From Candidatus Latescibacterota bacterium (GTDB lineage: Bacteria; Latescibacterota; CBDEFO01), in assembly GCA_965248755.1 (NCBI GenBank), contig OZ252149.1, positions 3,616,001-3,680,000 on the forward strand: a stretch of 64,000 bases of DNA, written 5' to 3'. Under the pieces are notes generated by a model. That model did not search any database and was not told the origin of the DNA. It saw nothing but the letters and a program-made list of their open reading frames with translations. Shown here piece by piece: positions 29,067 to 39,997 of this stretch. The position numbers and the translations under genes were made by a program. How positions within the stretch are numbered: the stretch's first letter is position 1; each line of letters opens with the position of its first letter.

Positions 29067-30157
29067 TTAGTGGTCTTTCAGAGGATGGACCTCAAGCTCG
29101 TCCAATCTGAGATATCCTGTCCCCTCGATCAAAAGGCCGACTCTTCCGGCTATAGGGGCATCTCCGTGTCCGTGCACGACGAGATTTTCATCTTGACAGC
29201 CCCTAAAGTTCTTACCGCTGCTGACGGCGCGGTATCGGCGCCATCCTCCCTTTTCGGGGAGCTCTTTTTGACTGAAGATCTTCTCTGACTCCGTGCTGCA
29301 TCCGTCCGAGGATGGTTTTGTCACCATGGGTGATAAGAAAGTCGTAGTTTCGGGTGTCCTGTACGTGGTGGACGAGTCCGACTGTCCCTTTAGAAGTAAT
29401 CTATGTTCAGCATCAGATCGATCTGCCGTCGCCAAATACAGAATCCAGAACGGTCAGGCGTCGCACCGGTGAGTCCGACTCCAGGACCAGCACTGTTTTC
29501 GGTGCTTCCACCGACGTGGAGAGAGTCGAACCGTCCAAAAATGAGAAGTACTGTCCGAAAGCCGCATCCGAATCCGCCTCAAAATTGCAGCGGAGCGTCC
29601 CATCGCCGGTTACGGTCGGACTCGAAGTGACAGATGTTCTGCTGCAGTATCTTTCTCTGTCTCCCTGTGAAAGACTCCTTCGGGAGCTTCAATTACAGGT
29701 CGGACGCCGACTCCCATTTCGTAGACGAGGCCCGCCGCGCTGTCCAGTTTCGTAAAGCAGGTAAATTCCCGCTACGCCTATCAAAAGAGCGGCGATCTGG
29801 AGTTGGCTTCCAGCGGACTTTCCGGCTGTAAGCTGATCCAACACCACCAGCGCAAGCCGAAGAATAGCATAGACGCAGAAGAACCGCAGCGTGTAAGTGG
29901 CCCAGTCCGCGTGCTCGGCCAGTACCTCCAGCATCTGAGGAAACGGACTTGTGGCTTCGCCTGCGGCTCTTTGGCCGGTCAGATAGGTAGGAATTAGAAA
30001 GAGCGTTCCCGATGTTATCATCCCCGTTGCGGTGTGGCGGATCCAAGGCTGAGATCGCCCAAAAACGGCCACAAGGTCGAATAGAAACCCCTACCATGAG
30101 GAGCGCCAGTGGAAAATGCACCAGCACAGGGTGAATGTTCGGTAAATGGCCCGGCAT
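29067..30157 (-). pseudogene. Frameshifted DUF2231-like membrane protein plus a beta-sandwich domain
   Basis: IHPVLVHFPLALL start; similarity continues across frames (EHADWA; GRVGLLIEGTGYLRLDEL). Confidence 0.55.
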
Positions 30158-30210
30158 GCTAACTGTTTGAGAAGACAGGGAGGAGTGAGGTACCCTGTCT
30201 TCTGTCTACG

Positions 30211-30408
30211 CTATTTCGGCGGGTTCTTTACGATCTCCCTTAAAAAGTCGCTGGCGGAGTACTCGTTGCATTTTGCCCATTCAGTGACCTGCTGAAGGAT
30301 CTCCGGCCTGCTCTTTTCTTCTTGTACCAGATCGTGCAATATCTTTTCGATCTTGTCTTTTCCCAGAATCTGGCTTATCTCCCCTGGAGTAAGCCAACCG
30401 TTTGCCAT
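30211..30408 (-). CDS. Hypothetical small protein
   Basis: ORF with AGGGG RBS. Confidence 0.55.
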   Translation of the reverse strand: MANGWLTPGEISQILGKDKIEKILHDLVQEEKSRPEILQQVTEWAKCNEYSASDFLREIVKNPPK

Positions 30409-30534
30409 CTTTATTCCCCTTTTGCTTACAGGAGGCAGAGGAAGATGCGTCCTGTCTATTCCCGATAGTCCCCGATACGTTTAATCGGGGATAGATGCAA
30501 TCAGGGGCTACAGTCCCCTTATGTATGCGGATGG

Positions 30535-31608
30535 TTATGATTCGGATATGAGTCTTGTAATGTCGTCGCCCACCTGTTGAGTGGCTGAAGTTCCGCCGAT
30601 GTCCGCTGTTCTTATCCTACCTTCGGATAGATTGCGCCTGACGGCGGACCCAATGAGGTCTGCTCCATCGTTTTCTCCGAAGAATTCGAGCATCATCTTT
30701 GCGGAAAGGATAGCGGCAATCGGATTTACGAGTGCTTTGCCGACAAGGTCGAAGGCAGCGCCATGAACGGGCTCGAACATGGAGGGGAAGCGCCTCTCGG
30801 GATCTATGTTGCCGCTGGGGGCAAGTCCCATGCTCCCTGCGATGATGGCTCCTATGTCAGTCAGGATGTCGCCAAAGAGGTTTGAGGCCACGATCACATC
30901 GAAATCCTGCGGCCGCCTGATCAGGTCCATACAGGCGGCATCCACCAATAGAGTTTCGGTCTCTACATCTGGATAGTCCCCGGAGACCTCCTCGAAGACC
31001 TCGTCCCACATCACCATAGAATATGCCTCGGCGTTCGATTTTGTGATAGACGTCACCTTCTTCTTTTTGTCCCTCTTTCTGGCAAGCTGGAACGCATATT
31101 TCATAACCCTCCTACAGCCCCTCCTCGTAAAGACAGCCGTCTGCACGGCGACTTCGTCGTCCATCTGCATATAGACTCTGCCTCCGCAGTCTGAGTATTC
31201 CCCCTCAACGTTCTCCCTTATTACGACAAAGTCTATATCCCCTGGGCTCTTGCCCGCAAGCGGAGATTGAACACCTTCGTAGAGATAGGATGGTCTTAAA
31301 CATACATACTGGTCGAATTTTCTCCTTAAGGGGAGGATCAGCCCATTTAATGTAATATGATCTTGAATGTCGACATCGCCCACAGCGCCGAAGAATATTG
31401 CGTCGTATTTGGATGCAATCTGGATGCCGTCCTCAGGCATCATCCTTCCTATCCTCTTAAGGCGATCCGACCCCCAGTCGAACTGTGTAAGCTCCAAACT
31501 CAAGCCGTTCACTTTTCCCTCCACAGCCTTCAAGACCTTTAACGCCTCAGCGGTGACTTCGATGCCCACCCCATCCCCAGGAATCACAGCTACTTTGTAT
31601 TCTGACAT
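30535..31608 (-). CDS. Tartrate/D-malate dehydrogenase (isocitrate/isopropylmalate dehydrogenase family)
   Basis: IPGDGVG; RENVEGEYS; SNLFGDILTD; FEPVHG. Confidence 0.88.
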   Translation of the reverse strand: MSEYKVAVIPGDGVGIEVTAEALKVLKAVEGKVNGLSLELTQFDWGSDRLKRIGRMMPEDGIQIASKYDAIFFGAVGDVDIQDHITLNGLILPLRRKFDQYVCLRPSYLYEGVQSPLAGKSPGDIDFVVIRENVEGEYSDCGGRVYMQMDDEVAVQTAVFTRRGCRRVMKYAFQLARKRDKKKKVTSITKSNAEAYSMVMWDEVFEEVSGDYPDVETETLLVDAACMDLIRRPQDFDVIVASNLFGDILTDIGAIIAGSMGLAPSGNIDPERRFPSMFEPVHGAAFDLVGKALVNPIAAILSAKMMLEFFGENDGADLIGSAVRRNLSEGRIRTADIGGTSATQQVGDDITRLISES

Positions 31609-31871
31609 ATAGATCTCCGTTTTGCTTGTTTGATAAGCAATAGAATATGGCATCGACTAGACACTTAAGAAAGATAGGAAAAAGATGTGTTCATGTAAAG
31701 GGATTTTTCCCAGGGTTCAGTAAATCTGGAGTCCATCTTCTTTCCGCTCGTGCTTTTGCCCTTGACTTTAAGGAACTAATACCTTATGTTCAGACCGATT
31801 GCATAGTAAAGTAGACATAAGCAAGTGGATGGGTGGTCTCGTGTTATGTGTTAATTATGGAGGTAGAGCAA

Positions 31872-33557
31872 ATGATCACCGAAGATGCAGTTTGGAATCA
31901 ACTGAAAGAACTTAAAGATAAGATGTTCGGGACACCGCTGAGCGTTGTGGATATGGGATTGATTTACGACGTTAAGGTCCAGGACAGGGATGTACACGTC
32001 ACGGTTGCTGTCTACAATCGGGGACACCTCATGATCGTCAGCCTGTCCTCACCTGTTCGGCAGAAGATACTCGAAATGGACGGCGTGGGCGAAGTTACAG
32101 TAGAATGTGTCTGGGAGCCAGAGTGGACACCCGATCGTCTGTCGCAGAGAGCCAGAGATGTGCTCGGCTTTGAGAAGGACGATCCGGTTGAGGGGAGATT
32201 GCACGTCAGGTCAGAAAAGAAGGCCGATCCAGATGCTAAGCCCCGCGATGAGAGGAGGCTCGAAAGGGATCGCCTTGTCGTCCCAAAGGATTCGTGGGAG
32301 CTTGTCCAGCGGCTGCCGAAAGAGAAGTTCGTCAAATGGTGGGGAGGATGGCGATTCTTCAAACGATTCAAGGTTCAGGAAAGAGAGAGTCTTACCAGAC
32401 GCAGTGAACCGATACATTTAGACTGCCTCTTCGATGGGGACCAAGTACGCGATATGGCAAAGGAGATCCGCATTGTAGAGGAAGGATCAGCAGAGGAAAT
32501 CCCGTGTCAGGTCTATGCACAAAAGACGGACGACAGGATAAAGAGCTGTTCGATCGTCTTTTTGGCAGATATAGACGCAGGGGAGAGTAAGACCTATCTT
32601 GTGCTCTACGGAAATCTCTCACCCGCCTGCTGGACGCCGTTGTATAGGACGGATTTAATAGTGAGGGGAGAGGAATACGCCTTAGAGATAGAAAATAGCT
32701 ACTGCAGGGCGCGCCTTTCCCCTGTGATGGGTCAGCTGAGAGGCTTGGAGTTCATGAGATGGGGAGAGACTGTGCTAAGCTGGTACGAAGAGCCGACAAC
32801 TATCAACATAACCGATGCGTTGAACGATCCCAAGAGCGGGTTAGACATCGCCGTGCACGGGGAACATACCTGCATACACTGGAATCCAGATTTCAGCAAT
32901 CAACTCCGTTTTCGCATCACCCACTGGTCGGAACCACCGAACTACAAGGTGGTAAAGGGACCCATCTGCACAATAGTCAAGCGATGGGGTTATCCCGTAT
33001 CTCCGATCTATCCTGCCCTGCCGCAGACAGCTGCGACCATTGAAGTTACCTACACCTTTTACAGTGGACTGCCATATTTTACGATGGAATCCCGCCTCGA
33101 TGTCGAGGAGGAAGTGGACATAGCGGGCGTAAGGAACGACGAATGGCTCTTTGACGATTCTTTTACTCATACGCTGAGTATGATAGAGGGAGGAGAAATA
33201 GAGGTCTCCACCGAGGGGCAGTTCTTTGAGCAGAATAACCCCGCCCTTGTGGGCTTCTTCAACGAGAGACACAAAGATGCCTTTGCCTCTTTGAGACTCT
33301 CGTTCGACTCGCGGGGTTTCCCGGGGGCGTACGATCCGAAGGGTACCTATGTATCGATGAGGCCGGCAGAGGAAAAGATCTGGACCAGAACTGCGTTCCA
33401 GGCAGAGGATGGGACTTCAGCAATCCAATCTGGAGCAGAGATCGGGGAGTACAACGCCTATCTTCTCTACAACGCTGGAGAAGCAAAAGGGCATAATCAG
33501 GCAAGGGACTGGTACAATCTTCTGCGCCGACCTTTGAACGTGACAAATGCGCGATAA
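31872..33557 (+). CDS. DUF59/SufT-like Fe-S assembly domain fused to a large uncharacterised C-terminal domain (paralog 1)
   Basis: LSVVDMGLIYDV...VWEPEWTPDRLS N-terminal domain. Confidence 0.75.
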   Translation: MITEDAVWNQLKELKDKMFGTPLSVVDMGLIYDVKVQDRDVHVTVAVYNRGHLMIVSLSSPVRQKILEMDGVGEVTVECVWEPEWTPDRLSQRARDVLGFEKDDPVEGRLHVRSEKKADPDAKPRDERRLERDRLVVPKDSWELVQRLPKEKFVKWWGGWRFFKRFKVQERESLTRRSEPIHLDCLFDGDQVRDMAKEIRIVEEGSAEEIPCQVYAQKTDDRIKSCSIVFLADIDAGESKTYLVLYGNLSPACWTPLYRTDLIVRGEEYALEIENSYCRARLSPVMGQLRGLEFMRWGETVLSWYEEPTTINITDALNDPKSGLDIAVHGEHTCIHWNPDFSNQLRFRITHWSEPPNYKVVKGPICTIVKRWGYPVSPIYPALPQTAATIEVTYTFYSGLPYFTMESRLDVEEEVDIAGVRNDEWLFDDSFTHTLSMIEGGEIEVSTEGQFFEQNNPALVGFFNERHKDAFASLRLSFDSRGFPGAYDPKGTYVSMRPAEEKIWTRTAFQAEDGTSAIQSGAEIGEYNAYLLYNAGEAKGHNQARDWYNLLRRPLNVTNAR

Positions 33558-33643
33558 GACAGATTGACGTGTGTCTCAGATGTAGCGACGACCTCACCCC
33601 ACTATGTCTATTCATGGTGGCGATATAGTTAGGAGACTGAATT

Positions 33644-35368
33644 ATGATTACTGAGCAGGCGGTCTGGAAGCAATTGGACGAACTTAAAGATCCGATGTTC
33701 GTCAAGGAACTTAGAAGGTTCCTCAATGATCCGACATTAGGTTCACCTCTGAGTGTGGTGGATGTCGGATTGATATATGACGTTAAGGTCCAGGACAAGG
33801 ATGTACACGTCACGGTCGCTGTCTACAATCGGGGGCACCTCATGATCGTCAGCCTGTCCTCACCCGTACGCCAGAAGATACTGGAAATGGACGGCGTGGG
33901 CGAAGTTACAGTAGAATGTGTCTGGGAGCCAGAGTGGACACCCGATTGTCTGTCGCAGAGAGCCAGAGATGTGCTCGGCTTTGAGAAGGACGATCCGGTT
34001 GAGGGGAGACTGCACGTCAGGTCAGAAAAGAAGGCCGATCCAGATGCTAAGCCCTTCGATGAGAGGAGGCTCGAAAGGGATCGCCTTGTCGTCCCAGAGG
34101 ATTCGTGGGAGCTTGTAGAGACCTTGCCCAAAGACAAGTTCGTCAAATGGTGGGGAGGATGGCGATTCTTCAAACGATTCAAGGTTCAGGAAAGAGAGAG
34201 TCTTTCCAGACGCAGCGAACCGATACATTTAGACTGCCTCTTCGATGGGGACCAATTACGCGATATGGCAAAGGAGATCCGCATTGTAGAGGAAGGATCA
34301 GCAGAGGAAATCCCATGTCAGGTCTATGCACAAAAGACGGACGACAGGATAAAGAGCTGTTCGATCGTCTTTTTGGCAGATATAGACGCAGGGGAGAGTA
34401 AGACCTATCTTGTGCTCTACGGAAATCTCTCACCCGCCTGCTGGACGCCGTTGTATAGGACGGATTTAATAGTGAGGGGAGAGGAATACGCCTTAGAGAT
34501 AGAAAATAGCTACTGCAGGGCGCGCCTTTCCCCTGTGATGGGTCAGCTGAGAGGCTTGGAGTTCATGAGATGGGGAGAGACTGTGCTAAGCTGGTACGAA
34601 GAGCCGACAACTATCAACATAACCGATGCGTCGAACGATCCCAAGAGCGGGTTAGACATCGCCTGGCACGGGGAACATAACTGTATACACTGGAATCCAG
34701 ACTTCAGCAATCAACTCCGCTTTCGCATCACCCACTGGTCAGAACCGCCGAACTACAAGGTGGTAAAGGGACCCATCTGCACAATAGTCAAGCGATGGGG
34801 TTATCCCGTATCTCCGATCTATCCTGCCCTCCCGCAGACAGCTGTGACCGTTGAAGTTACCTACACCTTCTACAGTGGACTGCCATATTTTACGATGGAA
34901 TCCCGCCTCGATGTAGAGGAGGAAGTGGACATAGCGGTCGTAAGGAACGACGAATGGCTCTTCGACGATTCTCTTACTCATACGCTGAGTATGATAGAGG
35001 GAGGAAAAATAGAGGTCTCCACCGAGGGGCAGTTCTTTGAGCAGAATAACCCCGCCCTTGTGGGCTTCTTCAACGAGAGAGGCAAAGATGCCTTTGCTTC
35101 TTTGAGACTCTCGTTCGATTCGCGGGGATTCCCGGGGGCGTACGATCCGCAGGGTACCGGTGTATATTTGAGGTCGGCAGGCCAAAAGATCTGGTCCAGA
35201 GCTGCGTTCCAGGCAGAGGATGGGGGTTTAGCAATCCAATCTGGAGCAGAGATCGGGGAGTACAACGCCTATCTTCTCTACAACGCTGGAGAAGCAAAAG
35301 GACATAATCAGGCAAGGGACTGGTATAATCTACTGCGCCGACCTTTGAACGTGACACAAGGAGGATAG
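33644..35368 (+). CDS. DUF59/SufT-like fusion protein (paralog 2)
   Basis: Near-identical tandem copy of the preceding gene. Confidence 0.75.
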   Translation: MITEQAVWKQLDELKDPMFVKELRRFLNDPTLGSPLSVVDVGLIYDVKVQDKDVHVTVAVYNRGHLMIVSLSSPVRQKILEMDGVGEVTVECVWEPEWTPDCLSQRARDVLGFEKDDPVEGRLHVRSEKKADPDAKPFDERRLERDRLVVPEDSWELVETLPKDKFVKWWGGWRFFKRFKVQERESLSRRSEPIHLDCLFDGDQLRDMAKEIRIVEEGSAEEIPCQVYAQKTDDRIKSCSIVFLADIDAGESKTYLVLYGNLSPACWTPLYRTDLIVRGEEYALEIENSYCRARLSPVMGQLRGLEFMRWGETVLSWYEEPTTINITDASNDPKSGLDIAWHGEHNCIHWNPDFSNQLRFRITHWSEPPNYKVVKGPICTIVKRWGYPVSPIYPALPQTAVTVEVTYTFYSGLPYFTMESRLDVEEEVDIAVVRNDEWLFDDSLTHTLSMIEGGKIEVSTEGQFFEQNNPALVGFFNERGKDAFASLRLSFDSRGFPGAYDPQGTGVYLRSAGQKIWSRAAFQAEDGGLAIQSGAEIGEYNAYLLYNAGEAKGHNQARDWYNLLRRPLNVTQGG

Positions 35369-35397
35369 ACCAAGGAGGATAGACCAAGGAGGATAGA
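35357..35397 (+). repeat. Triple 14-bp tandem repeat CAAGGAGGATAGAC
   Basis: Directly visible; each unit contains AAGGAGG. Confidence 0.9.
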
Positions 35398-35399
35398 AG

Positions 35400-36395
35400 A
35401 TGAATGCAGATAAGATCGAAGTTGAGGGTTTCGAAGCCCTGCGTCTGGAGGACGAAGACATAAAATTAGAGGTCATCCCCTCAATCGGTGGAAAGGTCGT
35501 ATCTTTAGTCTACAAAGAGACCGGATACGACTTTATGTGGAGGAATCCCTATGTTAAACTTAAGACTCCCAAGTACGGAGATCCCTACCCAGATTACGAT
35601 GTAAGCGGCGTGGACGAATGTTTCCCGACCATAGGGGAATGCCACTATCCTGAATATCCCTGGAGGGGAGTCATCGCCCCGGATCACGGCGAAGTATGGG
35701 CGCTCCCCTGGGACTACGAAATAACGGAAAAGGGTGTGAGAATGTGGGTCTACGGAGTACGCTTCCCCTATATGTTCGAGCGCACTTTGCAGCTTGAGGG
35801 CGGCGGCAAGATCATGATGGATTACAAGGTCGAGAACCTCTCGCCGCTCGAATTTAAGTACAACTGGGCGATTCATCCTATCTTCAAATCCGAGCCTAAA
35901 CTTAAGATCCTTCTGCCCGACGGCGTGAAGGTAAGGACGGACTGGGGAGTCGGCTTCAGATTGGGTAACTTCTTCACGGTCCACGACTGGCCCATCACAA
36001 AGGACAAGGACGGAAGGGAAGTCGATCTAAGCGTGGTAGAAGGTCCGGATTTGGGGGCAGGAGATAAGATTTTCACCGAAAAGCTGGATGAGGACGAAGG
36101 TTGGTGCGCCTTGCACTACACGGACGAACACTTCGTCGGATTTGGCTTTTCGCCCTCCGAGATACCCTACATCGGCGTGTGGACGAACCAGGGCGGCTAT
36201 CCCCTTGAGGGCAAGGCTCACTTCAACGTTGCGCTCGAGCCGTGTCTGGGATATCCCGACAGAATCGACATCGCAGTAATAAGGGGTGAACACGCCACTT
36301 TAGGGCCCAAAGCCCAGGCCAACTGGAGGATGATGCTCGTCGTAGGAAAGGCGGAGAAGATCAGAGGAATTACGCCAGATGGAGTGGTGAGGTAG
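35400..36395 (+). CDS. Galactose mutarotase/aldose 1-epimerase-like protein
   Basis: GGKVVSL; GVDECFPTI; DHGEVW; WAIHP; VALEPC. Confidence 0.8.
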   Translation: MNADKIEVEGFEALRLEDEDIKLEVIPSIGGKVVSLVYKETGYDFMWRNPYVKLKTPKYGDPYPDYDVSGVDECFPTIGECHYPEYPWRGVIAPDHGEVWALPWDYEITEKGVRMWVYGVRFPYMFERTLQLEGGGKIMMDYKVENLSPLEFKYNWAIHPIFKSEPKLKILLPDGVKVRTDWGVGFRLGNFFTVHDWPITKDKDGREVDLSVVEGPDLGAGDKIFTEKLDEDEGWCALHYTDEHFVGFGFSPSEIPYIGVWTNQGGYPLEGKAHFNVALEPCLGYPDRIDIAVIRGEHATLGPKAQANWRMMLVVGKAEKIRGITPDGVVR

Positions 36396-36428
36396 TTCTT
36401 ATGTGGTCTTATTATCAGGTACAGGTAA

Positions 36429-39329
36429 ATGGCTGGACATAGTCGACATTGCAGTGTACTGATTATCTTTCTTTTGATGGTATCCGCTTCTGTTGTTTAT
36501 GCGGAGATAAAGAGAGATACTGCACTGACAGAGCCTCTTGAGGTACCTCGACAACTTTCCAAAAAGGGAGACACCGGTCGACACACTGCGGACTCGCTTC
36601 GTACATTACCCAAAAGCGAAGGTACAGAGGCGGGTAGCTCTCTGAAGTCTTTCCTTCAATACATATTTAAGGGACTCAACTACATTGTCAAAAATGCAAT
36701 TAGTATAGTAGTTTCAGTTCTTTTTATTTTATTACTTATTTCCACTTATTTAGAGTTCAAGAGAGACGCTGCGCTGATAGAGCCTTTTGAGGTACCTCAA
36801 CAACTTGAGGAACAGGGCTATACCGGTAGGGTCATCGCAAACAAATTAAATGACCAACTTGACCTCATAAGAACAACCGTACCCACCAGCATGGAAGGCC
36901 TGCAATTCATCACCGGCTTGTCTCAGAAATCGGACCCAATAGAAGTGCCAGTTACGGATAACCAGGAGTTCACCGTCGACTTCCCTCAGATATCACGCGG
37001 AATGGAAGTGGAAGTGGCTGGTATTTCCCTGAGGTTTTTCTTTAGATACATCAAAGAGTATTTCAAACGCTCAACCCGGATCGTCGGCGAAGTGGTTCTG
37101 CAAGGAAGTTCGCTCAAAGTAACCGCTCGTGTTAGTGAAAAGGCTACTAAACCTATTCCCGGAAAGTTGGAAGATCTGGACCAAATTCTGCTTCAAGCCG
37201 CGGAACACATTTACAAATATATTCAACCTTCCATTTTAGCGTCGTATCAATATAACATTGATGATACTGACGAAAAAGACGCCTGTCTTGAGACCATACA
37301 ACATATTCTTCGCTATGGTCCAGATAAAGACCACCCCCGGGCGTACAATCTGTGGGGTAATGTGTTGTATGACCAGAAAGATTACGAGAGAGCGATTGCC
37401 AAGTATCATAAGGCCACCAATCTCGACCCAAAATATGCCTATGCATACTATAACTGGGGTAATGTGTTGCACGCCCAGATGAATTATGAGGAGGCAATTG
37501 CCAAGTATAAGAAGGTCGTCAAACTCGACAAAAAATATATCGATGCATACAACAAGTGGGGCCTTGTGTTGTATTATCAAGGAAAATTCAAAAAGGCAAT
37601 TGCCAAGTATAAGAAGGCTATCAAACTCGATCCCCAAAATGTCTATGCATTCTACACCTGGGGCCTTGCTTTATATTACCAGGGAGATTATGAGGAGGCA
37701 ATTGACAAGTATGACAAAGCCATCGAACTCAACCCAGAATTTACCGATGCGTACAACAACTGGGGCGTTGCGTTAGCCGCTCAGGGGGATAATGAGGGTG
37801 CAATTGACAAGTATGAGAAAGCCATCGAACTCAACCCAGAGTATGCCCTTGCATACTACAACTGCGGCTTTACGTTGTACAAATTGGGACAACACAATGA
37901 AGCAATTGACAGGTATAAGAAGGCCGTCGAACTCGATCCCCAATATACCGATGCGTACATCGGCTGGGGCGTTGCGTTAGCCGCTCAGGGGGATAATGAG
38001 GGTGCAATTGTCAAGTATGAGAAAGCCATCGAACTCAACCCAGAATATGCCCTTGCATACTACAACTGCGGCTTTACGTTGTACCAATTGGGAAAATACG
38101 ACGAAGCAATTGACAGGTATAAGAAGGCCGTCCAACTCGACCCCCAATATACCGATGCGTACAACAACTGGGGCCTTACGTTAGCCGCTCAGGGGGATAA
38201 TGAGGGTGCAATTGTCAAGTATGAGAAAGCCATCGAACTCAACCCAGAATATGCCCTTGCATACTACAACTCGGGCGTTGCATTAGCCGCTCAGGGGGAT
38301 AATGAGGGTGCAATTGTCAAGCATGAGAAAGCCATCGAACTCAACCCAGAGTATGCCCTTGCATACTACAACTGCGGCTTTACGTTGTACCAATTGGGAA
38401 AACACGACGAAGCAATTGACAGGTATAAGAAGGCCGTCGAACTCGATCCCCAATATACCGATGCGTACATCGGCTGGGGCGTTGCGTTAGCCGCTCAGGG
38501 GGATAATGAGGGTGCAATTGTCAAGTATGAGACGGTCATCGAACTAGATCCTCAAAATGCCGATGCATATCTCGGCTGGGGCGTTGCGTTAGCCGCTCAG
38601 GGGGATAATGAGGGTGCAATTGTCAAGTATGAGACGGTCATCGAACTAGATCCTCAAAATGCCGATGCATATCTCGGCTGGGGCAATGCGTTAGCCGCTC
38701 AGGGGGATAATGAGGGTGCAATTGTCAAGTATGAGAAAGCCATCGAACACACCCGAGAATATGCCCTTGTATACTACAACTGGGGCAATGCGTTGGCTGC
38801 TCAGAGGAATAATGAGGGGGCAATTGACAAGTATGAGAAAGCCATTGAACTCGACCCAGAATATACCCTTGTATACTACAACTGGGGCCTTGCCTTGTAT
38901 TACCAGGGAAAATACGATGAAGCAATTGACAAGTATCAGAAGGCTGTCCAACTATACCCAGAATATACGGATGCATATAACAACTGGGGAATTGCGTTAG
39001 ACGCCCAAGGGGATTATGAAGGGGCAATTGGCAAGCTTGTGAAGGCTATCGATCTCGATCCAGAAGATGCCCTTGCATACAACAACTGGGGTTTTACGTT
39101 GTTTCACTTGGGAAAACACGAAGAGGCGATTAACAAGTTTTAGAAAGCTATCGATCTTGATCCAAAAAATGCCAATACATATGACAGCTGGGGCGCAGTG
39201 TTGCGCGCTCAAGGGGATAAGAAGGGGGCAATTGACAAGTTTCAGAAGGTCATCGAACTCGATCCTGGCGGGGAACTCGCCACGGATGCAAGAAAAGCAA
39301 TTAATGAATTGAGAGGAGAAATAAGTTAA
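36429..39329 (+). CDS. Membrane-anchored long TPR-repeat protein with an in-frame TAG at 39141-39143
   Basis: Many 34-aa TPR units with near-identical 102-bp DNA repeats; the TPR pattern continues past TAG to TAA at 39327-39329. Confidence 0.8.
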
Positions 39330-39515
39330 GGTATATATCAGGTTAAAAAAAGCGCTTGGGCAGGATTTTGGAAAAAAGTTGACAAATACTATATTTTGGA
39401 TTAAATTTAAGGCTGATGGGTATGACGACGTGTTGCTCTGGTTTGTTTTACCCTGTGACGTGCATCACGACACGGATGTCTGCTTTTAATTATATTTGAT
39501 ATTGAGCTTACGTTT

Positions 39516-39935
39516 TGTACTGCCCCCCTGGAAAGCGACACCGATTAAGCAACTTGGGGTAGCAGATATTATTGTTTTCTCCATTCTTGCAGGGTCTTGT
39601 ATCCCAGGGATGAATGAAGACGGTTCTTGTCGTAATTATCGATCCACTGAGATATGATCTTCTCAGCTTGCTCAAAGGATTCGAAGCTGTGAAGTCAAAC
39701 ACACTCTTGCTTGAGGGTCCTGAAAAAACGCTCTACAACACCGTTCCAATCGGCCTTTCCGCTCGGAACATATTCTTGACAAACCCCTAATATTCGGTAC
39801 TTACCAAATAGGATCTAGAAAGAAAGATCGAACCGTTGTCCAGCGCTAGCCGTCTTCTGCTCTGGCGCTGACATCTTGCCCTTCGCGAACCCCGATTTAC
39901 AGAATATCTGTCGTTCTGTGAAGGGGAACGGTATG
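39516..39935 (-). mobile_element. Internally deleted, diverged copy of the IS3-family element
   Basis: Both terminal IRs (TGTACTGCCCCC... and ...GGGGAACGGTATG) plus an orfB 3' fragment; 420 bp. Confidence 0.85.
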
Positions 39936-39997
39936 ATATGGCAACCACCCATCTTCGATTATCGCACCTATCTTCGATTATAAATAGCCTTCTTGTT

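Noticed and set aside
31872..35368. Paralog pair as DGR template/variable repeats for the RT
   Set aside because: Both copies are full genes, the differences are not adenine-specific, and the RT lacks DGR features and an avd gene.
25033..39143. In-frame stops as evidence of genetic-code reassignment
   Set aside because: The two stops differ (TAA, TAG), and both codons terminate many normal genes here.
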